DNA from: Eledone cirrhosa
Lineage: Eukaryota
DNA length: 64,000 nucleotides
Direction: 5' to 3'
NCBI GenBank assembly: GCA_964016885.1
Contig: OZ024754.1
Location: 6,820,001-6,884,000, forward strand
Every line of letters starts with the position of its first letter. The first letter of the stretch is position 1. The notes under the pieces are model-generated. The model was not told the origin of the DNA, did not search any database, and saw nothing but the letters and a program-made list of their open reading frames with translations. Shown here in pieces: positions 42,602 to 52,406 of the stretch. The position numbers and the translations under genes were made by a program.

Positions 42602-42634
42602 TATAAATAGATAGCAAGACGTTAGCTGTCAGTT
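42602..42634 (+). promoter_or_regulatory. TATA box + Initiator core promoter of the patatin-like gene
   Basis: TATAAA at 42602-42607 and TCAGTT Inr at 42629-42634 (A+1 = 42631, TATA at -29); ATG 15 nt further on. Confidence 0.6.
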
Positions 42635-42645
42635 AAACCAGCAGC

Positions 42646-42816
42646 ATGGGAGGAGTATTGGCTTGCGGCGCAGGAGCTCTACGAAATACCGGTTCCGAAG
42701 GGAGTCCAGGACTTTTACCACTGCTTGATGAACTACTTGATAAACGATACCCATTTGAAAATCTAATCTTCGAAGGATGTGCTTCTAAAGGATATGCCTA
42801 CTGTGGGGCACTAAAG
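42646..42816 (+). CDS. Patatin-like phospholipase-domain protein, exon 1 of 13
   Basis: MGGVLACGAG...YPFENLIFEGCASKGYAYCGALK corresponds to the patatin NLVFEGGGxKGxAYxGAL block; AAG|GT donor; 171 nt. Confidence 0.9.
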
Positions 42817-42889
42817 GTCTTTATTTTTATGCATTTTTTTCAACATTTCGATAGATATCCACTTTATACATATCTAGCTTATGTCTTAA

Positions 42890-43096
42890 CCCTTTAACAT
42901 TTACATTACTCTATATTTACTATTGTATTTTCACGGTAAAGGCTTTATTTCACATAATATCGAATCTACGAGATTTTTATATTATTTATTTGGGGAACAA
43001 TACTTTAACATAAGTATGAGCAGCCGGTTAAGGGTCAGTTTGAACAGAAAGAGGTGAGAATTCTGGCCAGATACGGCCGGTTTAAACGCTAAAGGG
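42890..43096. mobile_element. piggyBac-type MITE copy in patatin intron 1
   Basis: ttaa|ccctttaacattta...aaacgctaaaggg|ttaa. Confidence 0.8.
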
Positions 43097-43608
43097 TTAA
43101 ATTACGTTAAATGTGTATTATAACACGTTTCCGAGATGAGTGTAATAGTAAGATCTTAATCTTAAGGGAAGTTGGTTAGAAGCTTGAAAGTGGAAGTTAT
43201 TTTCCTTGGTTGGGATGTCTTGAAACTGGAACCGGAACAAATACTGCAAATAATTCTAGCTTTTAGTTTTGCCTGTTACTTCATGGCTTTCTGGGACATC
43301 TTATACTCGTCTTGCAGAGAACCTTATCTCAAACCGCGTTTTGAAACGATAACAATTACATCTTGGATGGGTCGTTTTAATTATTTAAATAAAGGTGACC
43401 AGGTCGCAAACGGTACGTTGGAAATTTTAATATCTAGAAATAACACCTTTTTATTTTTGTTTTATTTACATTTTTTTAATGGCTAAAATGATTCTTGCAC
43501 AATATACTTGCTAAAAATAAATGTGCAGCTTGTCATTTCCTCCCTTTCATGCATTTTAATTTTCTCACTTATATATACATATGTATATATATATATATAT
43601 ATTTACAG

Positions 43609-43756
43609 GTCCTCGAAAAACTTGATATCCTCCCGAATATTAAGCGATTCTGTGGCATTGGTAGTGGTGCTATTGTAGCATGTATACTGGCTGCTGGTCT
43701 TCCACCGGATTTTGTGCAAAGTATTTTGGCTGAACACTTGGCAGACTTATCCAACA
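43609..43756 (+). CDS. Patatin-like protein exon 2 (nucleophile elbow)
   Basis: VLEKLDILPNIKRFCGIGSGAIVACILAAGLPPDFVQSILAEHLADLSN; 148 nt. Confidence 0.92.
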
Positions 43757-44808
43757 GTAATCATTTTTTTTTTTCTTTCTTTCCAAATGTACATCTAGCT
43801 GAGATAACTTCAGATAAATTATTACTATTACACCATCTCTTTTGAAGATAAACTTTATCTTACCTCTAAGTTTTGATGTTTTGAACGTATCTGACTTTCA
43901 TGGCCGAAGTTATTTGTTTTTTTTTTTAATTAACGGATTAAAAACCCATAGGTAAAACGAATTCCAGTTCCAAATTATTACGCGAACTAAGGCCGCCTCC
44001 TTACAGTTAATTAAAAACAATTTCTGGAGGTTTTGAGGGTCAGATTTCTTCAACCCCCCCCCCCCCCCCCCCGGTGTAATAGTAAAGTTACCAATTTTAT
44101 TTCTTGAATGAAACCTGTCCACGTGAACACGTGCCGATCACCTTATTTTCTTATTTCGTGAATTACTTAATTCACTCGGTCATCGATAAAGAAAAACCGT
44201 CTTATACCAACCCGTTCAAACCCCCTTCTGGTTTATATGAAACAAGATTACTCATTTTAAAGGATCCCTATTTAAATTAAACTTTTCCAACATGTTATAA
44301 GAACCTTTTGTTAAATGGCTACAAATATTATAACTATAATGAAATAGTTAATACTTTTAGTAAATCCATTTTAAATTCCTCATTAATTCAAATATATATT
44401 TCATTATAAATACTGCAATGGAAGGGTTAACTGTTTGAGATATGTTTGGAGGACAGAAGAAGGGTGCTGACTAATTCTTGACAGGCCATGCCTTTCATTC
44501 TTAAGTGTACTAAACATCACTCACTGCATCACATTAAAAATTACTCAAATACTGCAAATTTTCACAACGATCTGTCCACTAGTAAAGACGCTACAAACAT
44601 TTGAATTAATAAACCCTATTTCTAGATTTTCTTTCTGATAAATCATTACAGGCCCTAAAGTTAATGACTTTTCCATTAGGTACAACTAAACATAAGCTGT
44701 CTTAACTACAGTATTTCTTGGATCAAGGGTCAGGTGTTGGTGGTGGGACGAACTAGAGGGGGTTTTTTTGTGAGCATTAAATTTTCAGCTGTATGATTTT
44801 CATTTCAG

Positions 44809-44945
44809 ACCTTCGGGGTGGAAGTAGGGCACCTCAAGAAGACTTACTTCAGAAATTTGGATGGAATGATGGCCGTAAGTTTTTCGACTGGTTTGGAAAG
44901 GTTTTGATGCGGAAGTCTGTAGATGCCGACATTACGTTTCAACAG
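44809..44945 (+). CDS. Patatin-like protein exon 3
   Basis: LRGGSRAPQEDLLQKFGWNDGRKFFDWFGKVLMRKSVDADITFQQ; 137 nt; phases fit. Confidence 0.92.
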
Positions 44946-45026
44946 GTATATGTACGGTTTTTATCTAAGCTTAATAATTCGATGTTCTTAACACCTCTTT
45001 TACTTTCTACCTTATACGTTGTAAAC

Positions 45027-45080
45027 CAGAGATGGGCAAACTATGTCCCTTTTGTGGGGTCAGTGGAACCATTAAACGAA

Positions 45081-45113
<33 letters not shown>

Positions 45114-45497
45114 GATTTTCGTATGTTTTGTGATGTACAGACACAGATTAAAAGAATTTTAAAAGATTTTTGTATTTAATCATTTTATTAATTTGTGTAT
45201 TATAATGGTGCAGTTATTTTATATTTTCTAACTGAAGAAAATTAAGGTCACTTGCACACTATATCCAATAATATCTAGTCCTGTACTATATCCAATAATA
45301 TCTAGTCCTGTACTATATCCAATAATATCTAGTCCTGTACTAAATCCAATAATATCTAGTCCTGTACTATATCCAATAATATCTAGTACTGTACTGTACT
45401 ATATCCAATAATAAATGGTGTGGCTTCTGGTGTTCATGAGCTAGTCAATGTGCCCCCCCCCCCCCCCCCCCCGATCCCAAAAGTTTGCCTACCTCTG
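45027..45497. mobile_element. hAT-type MITE with internal 27-bp minisatellite (45258-45412)
   Basis: TIR cagagatgggcaaact / aagtttgcctacctctg; perfect 8-bp TSD ttgtaaac. Confidence 0.8.
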
Positions 45498-45551
45498 TTG
45501 TAAACGGTTACTAATGAAACTATTTGGCTTCAATTAATACTTTTATTTCAG

Positions 45552-45687
45552 TTATACGACAAAACAGGCAACGAGTTGTGTATTCCGGTAATGAATCTAA
45601 GCCAGATGCAAATGGAATATTTCCATCCGAAGACTACCCCCGATTTCATCATCCGACATGCAGTTTGCTTAGCCATTTCTATTCCTG
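45552..45687 (+). CDS. Patatin-like protein exon 4
   Basis: LYDKTGNELCIPVMNLSQMQMEYFHPKTTPDFIIRHAVCLAISIP(G), the patatin AVxxSxSIPG block; 136 nt. Confidence 0.92.
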
Positions 45688-46324
45688 GTAATGTTATTTC
45701 AAAACTTCCCTATCCTTTGAGATTTTGAGGCATGTTTCTGTCAGCTTTTATTTTCCACCCGCATAATTTAGTATTTTAATTTAGCGTGCCTTGTATTCAC
45801 TGAGTTCGAATTCTGTCGAGATCGATAAAATAGAGTACCTGCACTTAAATGGCCCTGCTTTAATTTTAAATTAGTTTACAAGTTTATAACATTGAGGCTT
45901 AACCAGTCCTTACCTCACCACATTTCCTCGATCCCGTTAAAATTTTCTTTTACATATAACCCCCTCCTGTTATATCCAGTTGGATGTAAAACAATCTACC
46001 CGCTTCCCCATATGTCTGTTAACTGGAAAAACCAATAATTATCGACATTTTTGAAGGCCTTGTATTTCTTCGAAGGATTTATCTACCTTCCTTTGCATAT
46101 TACCACCTTAAATAGTTTTTCTTTATTTACTCTTCGGGAAGGTCTCTCCCTTAAATTACCCAAGACTACATTTTTAATTTGAATGACTTCTCTCATTTGA
46201 AGTTTTAATTTCAATTAAATATTTTTATCTCAGTAAGTCTAAGTTACTACATTAATAGAATTTGTCGGAAAAAACTTAAATGGTTGAATTTTTTTTTTTA
46301 TTGACTGGACTTATATTTTCTCAG

Positions 46325-46423
46325 GTATATTCCAGCCGTTTAAATTCAGCCTGGACGATTCTTCAGAAGACTATTACCTGGATGGAGGGATTCTGTGTAA
46401 CTATCCCATTCACTGCTTTGATG
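46325..46423 (+). CDS. Patatin-like protein exon 5 (DGG motif)
   Basis: IFQPFKFSLDDSSEDYYLDGGILCNYPIHCFD; 99 nt. Confidence 0.93.
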
Positions 46424-46791
46424 GTATGTAAATAGATCCGTTTCTTTAAAAAAAAAAAAATTTAAATTTAAAAAAAAAAATTAAGCAATTGTTTTTCTGG
46501 TATCGTGTGTATATCTTCTTCGCCTACTTATTCCCGAGAGAGTGGTGGGGACAGTCCTCAAACACTCCTTCTAGATGGTCCTGTCGGAAGCAACCGTCTC
46601 CAGCTGGATCCCCAAACGTGACCAGCCAAGCTCATGGATGTTATCCAACCACCTTTCTCGGAGTCAACCTGGGTCTCCTGCCAGTTGGTTTTGCCCGTAA
46701 AATCTGTCCAGCGATTCTTTGCCCGAGACATTCTAACCACATACCCATATATGGTTATATATGTATATATAACTTTTAAAATTCTTCGTAG

Positions 46792-46916
46792 GATGGTGGC
46801 TGTCAATGGAAACAGAAGATCGATTTCTTCACCGATGTCCACCAGCGATTGAACTGAGGTCTTTAGACAGTGAATCTTTCTTTGGATTTAGCGAAAAAAG
46901 CCTTGGCTTTATGACG
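46792..46916 (+). CDS. Patatin-like protein exon 6
   Basis: (G)WWLSMETEDRFLHRCPPAIELRSLDSESFFGFSEKSLGFMT; 125 nt. Confidence 0.88.
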
Positions 46917-47163
46917 GTAACATTTTCTTTTTCATAAAAGTTTTTTTTTTTTTTTTTTTTTTTTTTTTCATATTCTAAGATTTCATGAATTCCATCTCCC
47001 AACTAATTTCGGTAAATTTAAAATACTTTGAAATTTGCTCTCAATTTTGAATACTGGATTGAAACTTAAATTTTTCCGTGTAACTTTTTTGGTCTCTTTG
47101 AATTCAGTTTTCGACAGCTATCAGTCTATTAGTATTTGATACAAATTTTTACTACTTCTCCAG

Positions 47164-47261
47164 TTTGACGATTACCACAAAGAAGCTAAGTACGATATGA
47201 TGAAGCAGCAACTCAATGAAATTGGAGGTCTCATTCCTGTACCACAAACCGATCTTGGCAA
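47164..47261 (+). CDS. Patatin-like protein exon 7
   Basis: FDDYHKEAKYDMMKQQLNEIGGLIPVPQTDLG(K); cag/GTAAGT; 98 nt. Confidence 0.85.
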
Positions 47262-47319
47262 GTAAGTATTTTTGTATGGATCTCTTTGGTGGCTTAATAC
47301 ATAATTACTATGAATTTGT

Positions 47320-47607
47320 GAAGGCGTGTGGCTTTGTGGATAGGTCACGAGTTCGATTCCCGGCGGCATGTTGTCCTTGAGCAAGACGCTTTATTTCACG
47401 TTGTTTCAATCCACTCAGCTTGCAAAAATGAGTTGTACCTGTAATTCGAAGGGCCAGTCTTGTCACATTTTGTGCCACGCCGAATCTCCCTGAGAATTGC
47501 GTTAAGGGTACGCTTGTCTGTGGAATGCTCAGCCACTTACACGAGCAGGGTGTTCCGTTGATCGGATCCACTGGAACACTCGTCGTCGTAACTGACGGAA
47601 TGTCAGT
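47320..47607 (+). mobile_element. CORE-type tRNA-derived SINE; degraded copy at ~63255-63570
   Basis: gagttcgattcc B-box, tgtccttgagcaagacgctttatttcac CORE-like block, TSD actatgaattt. Confidence 0.8.
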
Positions 47608-47690
47608 AAAACTATGAATTTAAGTGGTTTAACAGTCGTATTTATTGGCAGTAATTCACCCACTGAGTAAACTATTTTCTATATTCGAAG

Positions 47691-47775
47691 GAAATATAAC
47701 AATGCCAAAGAAAAGGTGAAATTGACGAAATTTGAGTTGCTGATATATCCAGGAGTCCACGATAAGTTTTGTTCT
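47691..47775 (+). CDS. Patatin-like protein exon 8
   Basis: KYNNAKEKVKLTKFELLIYPGVHDKFCS; aag/GTGAGT; 85 nt; converts phase 2 to phase 0 as the next exon requires. Confidence 0.75.
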
Positions 47776-47789
47776 GTGAGTAACCATTC

Positions 47790-47830
<41 letters not shown>

Positions 47831-48325
47831 ATTGTGGAATCGGTGCCGGATTTACTATTTGCCTTAAGTGTGCACAAAGCCCCGTTGGCCAGGGAGGGAG
47901 GAAGCCCCCCCCCCCCCTCGAAGAAAATTTACGATGAATTTTTCAAGTGAGGGGCCTCGTAATTTAACTAGCACGGGTCCTCATTTGACCTAAATCCAGC
48001 ACTGTGTGGAATCGAAGCTTTTATTTAGTTCGACCATGGTTCAGTCACGATGGGGGCAGACCTTTAACCAATGGCGTAAATCGTTCTGACTTTGAGTAAT
48101 ATACTCGGACAGGTTTCCTTTTTCTTCTTAGGGGTGGGTAGGGGGTGCTGCTGGTGAGGGGTGGTGTTGATGCTGTATGACTTGGGTGGTGGTGTGTTTT
48201 GGATAGTGCTGTGACTGGAGTGGAGTGGAGTGCAGTGTGACGTGGATGTAAACATATCTTATGTTTATTTTCGAAATAACTGTAAATGAATAATAAATAA
48301 TGGTGATGGTTTTATAACTTTTCAG

Positions 48326-48397
48326 TTTTTGGCGACTCTTAAAGATGACAACGGTCTCATATGTCTATTTCAACTATGCGAACAAATGGCCAATGAC
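48326..48397 (+). CDS. Patatin-like protein exon 9
   Basis: FLATLKDDNGLICLFQLCEQMAND; cag/GTAAGT; 72 nt. Confidence 0.8.
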
Positions 48398-48520
48398 GTA
48401 AGTATATATGATTTGTAACTTTCATACTTGGGTCATATTGATATTCGTTGAACCAGATGGGGCAACATGGCTGATATGAAGTTTATATATATAAATTATA
48501 TATATATTATATATATATAT

Positions 48521-48730
48521 AGGATCGATCGACTTTCGTCAAATCGGACCGAGGAAACGATGTTTCCGTTGGTCTTTCCAGTTGATAATACTATCTATCG
48601 GCCGCAACACCAGGTAGGAGCAACGTGAAATAGTGTCGTGCTCAAGGACATAACGCATCGCCCGGTCCAGGAATCGAACTCGTAACCAAGATTATGAATC
48701 CAATTCTCTAACCACTCAGCCACACGCCTG
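48521..48730 (-). mobile_element. CORE-type SINE subfamily with distinct 3' tail; second copy 56886-57100
   Basis: tRNA head and CORE block, then ggaaagaccaacggaaacatcgtttcctcggtccgatttgacgaaagtcgatcg ending in (TA)n; the two copies are highly similar. Confidence 0.75.
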
Positions 48731-48734
48731 TGTG

Positions 48735-48765
<31 letters not shown>

Positions 48766-49504
48766 ATATATATATATATAGCATGTTGTTCATTCTTTTG
48801 CTATTATTACTCCAAGAACCGCCTGCCTAGGAACTTTCTTAAACCAGCCACCCGACTAAGGACACTCGAGTGAAGCAACGCCCTACGTTAAAACTATCCT
48901 TGACACAGAGTACTCATAACCTCTAGCCGGATTACCTTAAACGATACCTTATTATATATTAGGCCTAACTTGGATATGGCAAGCATGGCTTGTACTATGG
49001 GCGACACTTGAAGAGGGCGCCACTTGAACAAGGAGCACTTTCTATAAAAGTCAAATAAGCTATCGTCGGAGAGTGATATGTATGATCTGTCTTTGATTAT
49101 CATGGGTGAGAACGCTATGGTGACTGGATAACTAAACTATATGAATTAGGTTCATAGTTAAAAAAGTGCTGGACAGGGACGCAATTTCACTGCTTGCCAT
49201 AGGCGCTATTTTCCCTAGTTACACCAATGTATATACTGTATATATAATGTATATATATATGTATATTCTGTATATACATACATACATACATAGCATTACA
49301 AATATGTCGTTGATAAACACAAATACAAGCGCATAGAACAAATACAATTAACCATTATTCGGAACCTCAGGCTCTTGTCATATATTTTGGTGCGTCTCTT
49401 GTGTGGGGTTCCTAGCAATGGTTATTGTACCAGATTATTTTTGTAATCGAATGGCTTTCAAATATGAGTATATTTACCCGATTTTCATTTTTACCTCTTT
49501 TTAG

Positions 49505-49606
49505 AGTAGTTTATCTCCAGTGGAATACCATACATTAATTGGTGTGGATAGAAACGAAACGGAATGCTTGGCATTCTTTCAGGATTATGCTGACGACGAA
49601 AATATG
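49505..49606 (+). CDS. Patatin-like protein exon 10
   Basis: SSLSPVEYHTLIGVDRNETECLAFFQDYADDENM; tag/GTAGGT; 102 nt. Confidence 0.8.
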
Positions 49607-49628
49607 GTAGGTTCATACGTTTGTATAA

Positions 49629-50120
49629 CAGGGGTGTGCAACATATTCCATCGGCGGGCCACTTTTGAACATTGGAAAAATTATTAGGGCCATTAATATT
49701 AAGAGGGCGGTGGCTTGGCAGTATCGGTAGAGGGTCAGACGCCATGCTTTGCAGCAAAGAGTTACGGCCTTTTATGGTCCGAGTTCAAATCCCGCCGATG
49801 TTGACTTTGCCTTTCATCCTTAAGGGGTCGATAAAGTACCAGTAATACAGATAATTGCTGACTTTGTGCCAAAAGTAGAAACCATTAATATTAAGCAATA
49901 TTCCAAAGATTCACTACAACTTCTTTCCATAACATGGAACTGGGAAATTAACAAACATAACCCTATCAGTGAAGCCCTTTAGTATAGGTCAACAGAAAAT
50001 TGTATTACGGTGACGAAACAAATTCTAAATAAACCTACAAGGTGAAAACTAAAAACGGTCATCGCGGGCTGGTCTGGCGGGCCGGATTGTGGCCCGTGGG
50101 CCACTTGTTGCACGTCCCTG
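49629..50120. mobile_element. hAT-type MITE interrupted by a SINE (~49703-49882)
   Basis: TIR caggggtgtgcaaca / tgttgcacgtccctg; the SINE is flanked by duplicated ccattaatattaag. Confidence 0.75.
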
Positions 50121-50267
50121 TTGTAAAGGGTCTCAAAAAATGTATATATTCACACTTCAACAGCATTCTAATCAAAGTGTGTATACTTTTTTTTTGGGGG
50201 GACACCCTATATTTAGTTCACTTTTAGCGAACTGTCGATGAATTAATGGTGCTTTCATTTCTCTTAG

Positions 50268-50423
50268 CTATCGGTTTCTGATATCCTGTGCATTGTTGAG
50301 AATAAAAACTGGCAGGATTTCTACAACTACACCAAGAAAACACCAACAGCTGAAATAACTAATTTGAATACATATTGGGGAACGATTAATAATGTTGCAC
50401 ATGAAAAGAGCAAATTGGTATCG
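50268..50423 (+). CDS. Patatin-like protein exon 11
   Basis: LSVSDILCIVENKNWQDFYNYTKKTPTAEITNLNTYWGTINNVAHEKSKLVS; tag/GTAAGT; 156 nt. Confidence 0.82.
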
Positions 50424-51082
50424 GTAAGTCTCTCTTAGCAATTGACTTAGTTTCAGTAACTTCTGTTTATTCCTAAATTCGTTTTTATAAACTTTCATTT
50501 TAAAGTATTAAGTGTTGCTCACAGAATTAGCAATCGGTCGATGGGTGTCCGGTTTATTAAAATATAAATTTATATTTATTGGCCCCTCGGTTCCATGTAG
50601 CTTTCTGGAAAGTTATTTCAGGACACAGGCCTAGAACTTTATTTATTGGAAACCTAGCAGTTGGTCGCATCGAATTATATTTTCACGCCACCAATGTTTC
50701 TCAAGATAAAGGCAAACATTATTTGCGTAAGAGAAACACTAGTTTGTTGATAAAAAAAAAAAAAAACACGGAAGTAATTAAAGATGATTTCAATAAGACT
50801 TTCAATATATTTCTAGGATATAATTACATAAATCTTCAGCATAGATGTACCAAGGGTATTCAGGATTAAATGGTTCTCTCTGTAAATAGTTCATTTCCTT
50901 AAAGTTGCCCAAATAGTTATAACCTTGTATCTTGAAATTGGAAAGAACTTATAGCATCATGGCAGAAATGGAAAATATATTGTGGTGAAATTCACTAACA
51001 TATACTTATAAATTTACAAACATACACAGCGTATTATAGACGGATTATCATTAAAAGGTCTTACTTAATTTCTACCCTCTAG

Positions 51083-51178
51083 AGGCAAGACCTGTTCCGT
51101 ACTGTTGGTATTTATACAGGCCATATTACCAATAACCATACCAAACTGCAGGAAGCCGACGCTGTCTACTTGTATCAA
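51083..51178 (+). CDS. Patatin-like protein exon 12
   Basis: RQDLFRTVGIYTGHITNNHTKLQEADAVYLYQ, resembling the patatin C-terminal RTVxIxTG block; tag/GTGAGT; 96 nt. Confidence 0.88.
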
Positions 51179-51277
51179 GTGAGTTTGTGGATTCTGTTTT
51201 CAAACCTTTCAAAGCCACATCCAATTTCCTTGCTTTGGGAATCTTTTTAATTGTAACCTTTTCCTTTTTTTAAATAG

Positions 51278-51379
51278 CATGGGTGGAACTGTACTGTGGC
51301 GTTTCTGCAAGATTTTGTACCGACAACCTCACTATCAAGTAGTACACAGACTTCGGAACCAACTAACGGATCCCCTTAA
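51278..51379 (+). CDS. Patatin-like protein exon 13 (stop)
   Basis: HGWNCTVAFLQDFVPTTSLSSSTQTSEPTNGSP*. Total CDS 1527 nt = 508 aa plus stop. Confidence 0.85.
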   Translation, partial: HGWNCTVAFLQDFVPTTSLSSSTQTSEPTNGSP

Positions 51380-51515
51380 ACGAAACTCACTCGAACATGA
51401 CTCTGAATAACGCCAAAATTTTGATCAACTCATACACGGCTGGAACATGAATTTCTTTTTTTTTCATTTATCGAAATTTTGTTTTGACTTTAAAATTGTT
51501 AATCCCCCTTTTTGA

Positions 51516-51521
51516 AATAAA
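51516..51521 (+). terminator. Candidate polyadenylation signal of the patatin-like gene
   Basis: AATAAA ~137 nt after the stop codon, followed by a T-rich tract. Confidence 0.5.
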
Positions 51522-52215
51522 GTCTCCGTTGAATGTTAATCTTTTCTAGTTCCTTTTCTTTGTCCACTTATTCCTGAGTGGGTCGTAGGGGCAGTTCTCA
51601 AACACGCCCTCCAGCAGGTTTTGTCAGAAGCACCTCTCTCTCTATCAAGTAACACCAAACTCCCCCTCTGTATATCTACTATACAGAACTCTTTCAATCC
51701 CTCTCTATATCAATTAGCACCAAATTCTCCTCCTCTATATTTACTACATGGAACTCTTTGAATACCCCCTCTCTATATCAATTAGCACCAAACTTTCCAC
51801 CTCTCTATATCTACTACATAGAACTCGCTTCCAATCCCCTTACTTTGCTACGATGAACTCGGATTTAGGACATTAAATGATATGCTTGTTCTGAAACTCC
51901 GCCTCAGATACAAACTTGTAGAGCCCACCCAGAATATTCTGCACCACCACCATCCTTGACCACCAAACCTTTGCGATTGGCCTGGATGTGCATCTGGGTA
52001 AAATGTTTTGCGGTATTTAGTTAAGGATCTTTTCGTTCTGAGTTCAAATCCTGCCTAGGTTAACTTCGCCCTTTTTCTTTTTATCCTCCCTTAAAATAAC
52101 CTAATTAGATCCTATTTTAAAAACGCAACGGATTACCAGGAAACTAAACTTTTAGTTAACTTCATCTTGTCCATTTTTGCATTGTTTAGCCTTGTATTAT
52201 TTTCCACATATCATC

Positions 52216-52406
52216 GGGGCGGTGAATTGGCAGTATCGGTAGAGGCTCGGACGCCATGCTTTGCAGCAAAGAGTTACGGCCCTTTATGATCTGAGTTCAA
52301 ATCCCGCCGAGGTTAACTTTGCCTTTCATCCTTACGGGGTCGATAAAATAAAGTACCGGTAATGTACTGGGTAATTGATGGCCTTGTGCCAAAAGTAGAA
52401 ACAATT
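52216..52406 (+). mobile_element. Full-length SINE with long TSD
   Basis: Flanked by duplicated ttattttccacatatcat. Confidence 0.9.

Noticed and set aside
40374-42816. Secreted protein and patatin as one gene
   Set aside because: Stop at 40601 with no convincing donor before it, and the patatin has its own TATA/Inr and ATG.
42646-51379. Bacterial contamination or recent horizontal transfer of an ExoU/VipD-like gene
   Set aside because: Twelve spliceosomal introns filled with host repeats show long residence in this genome.
52216-52310. tRNA-like A/B-box sequences
   Set aside because: These are SINE heads: attached body and tail, TSDs, many copies, no full cloverleaf.
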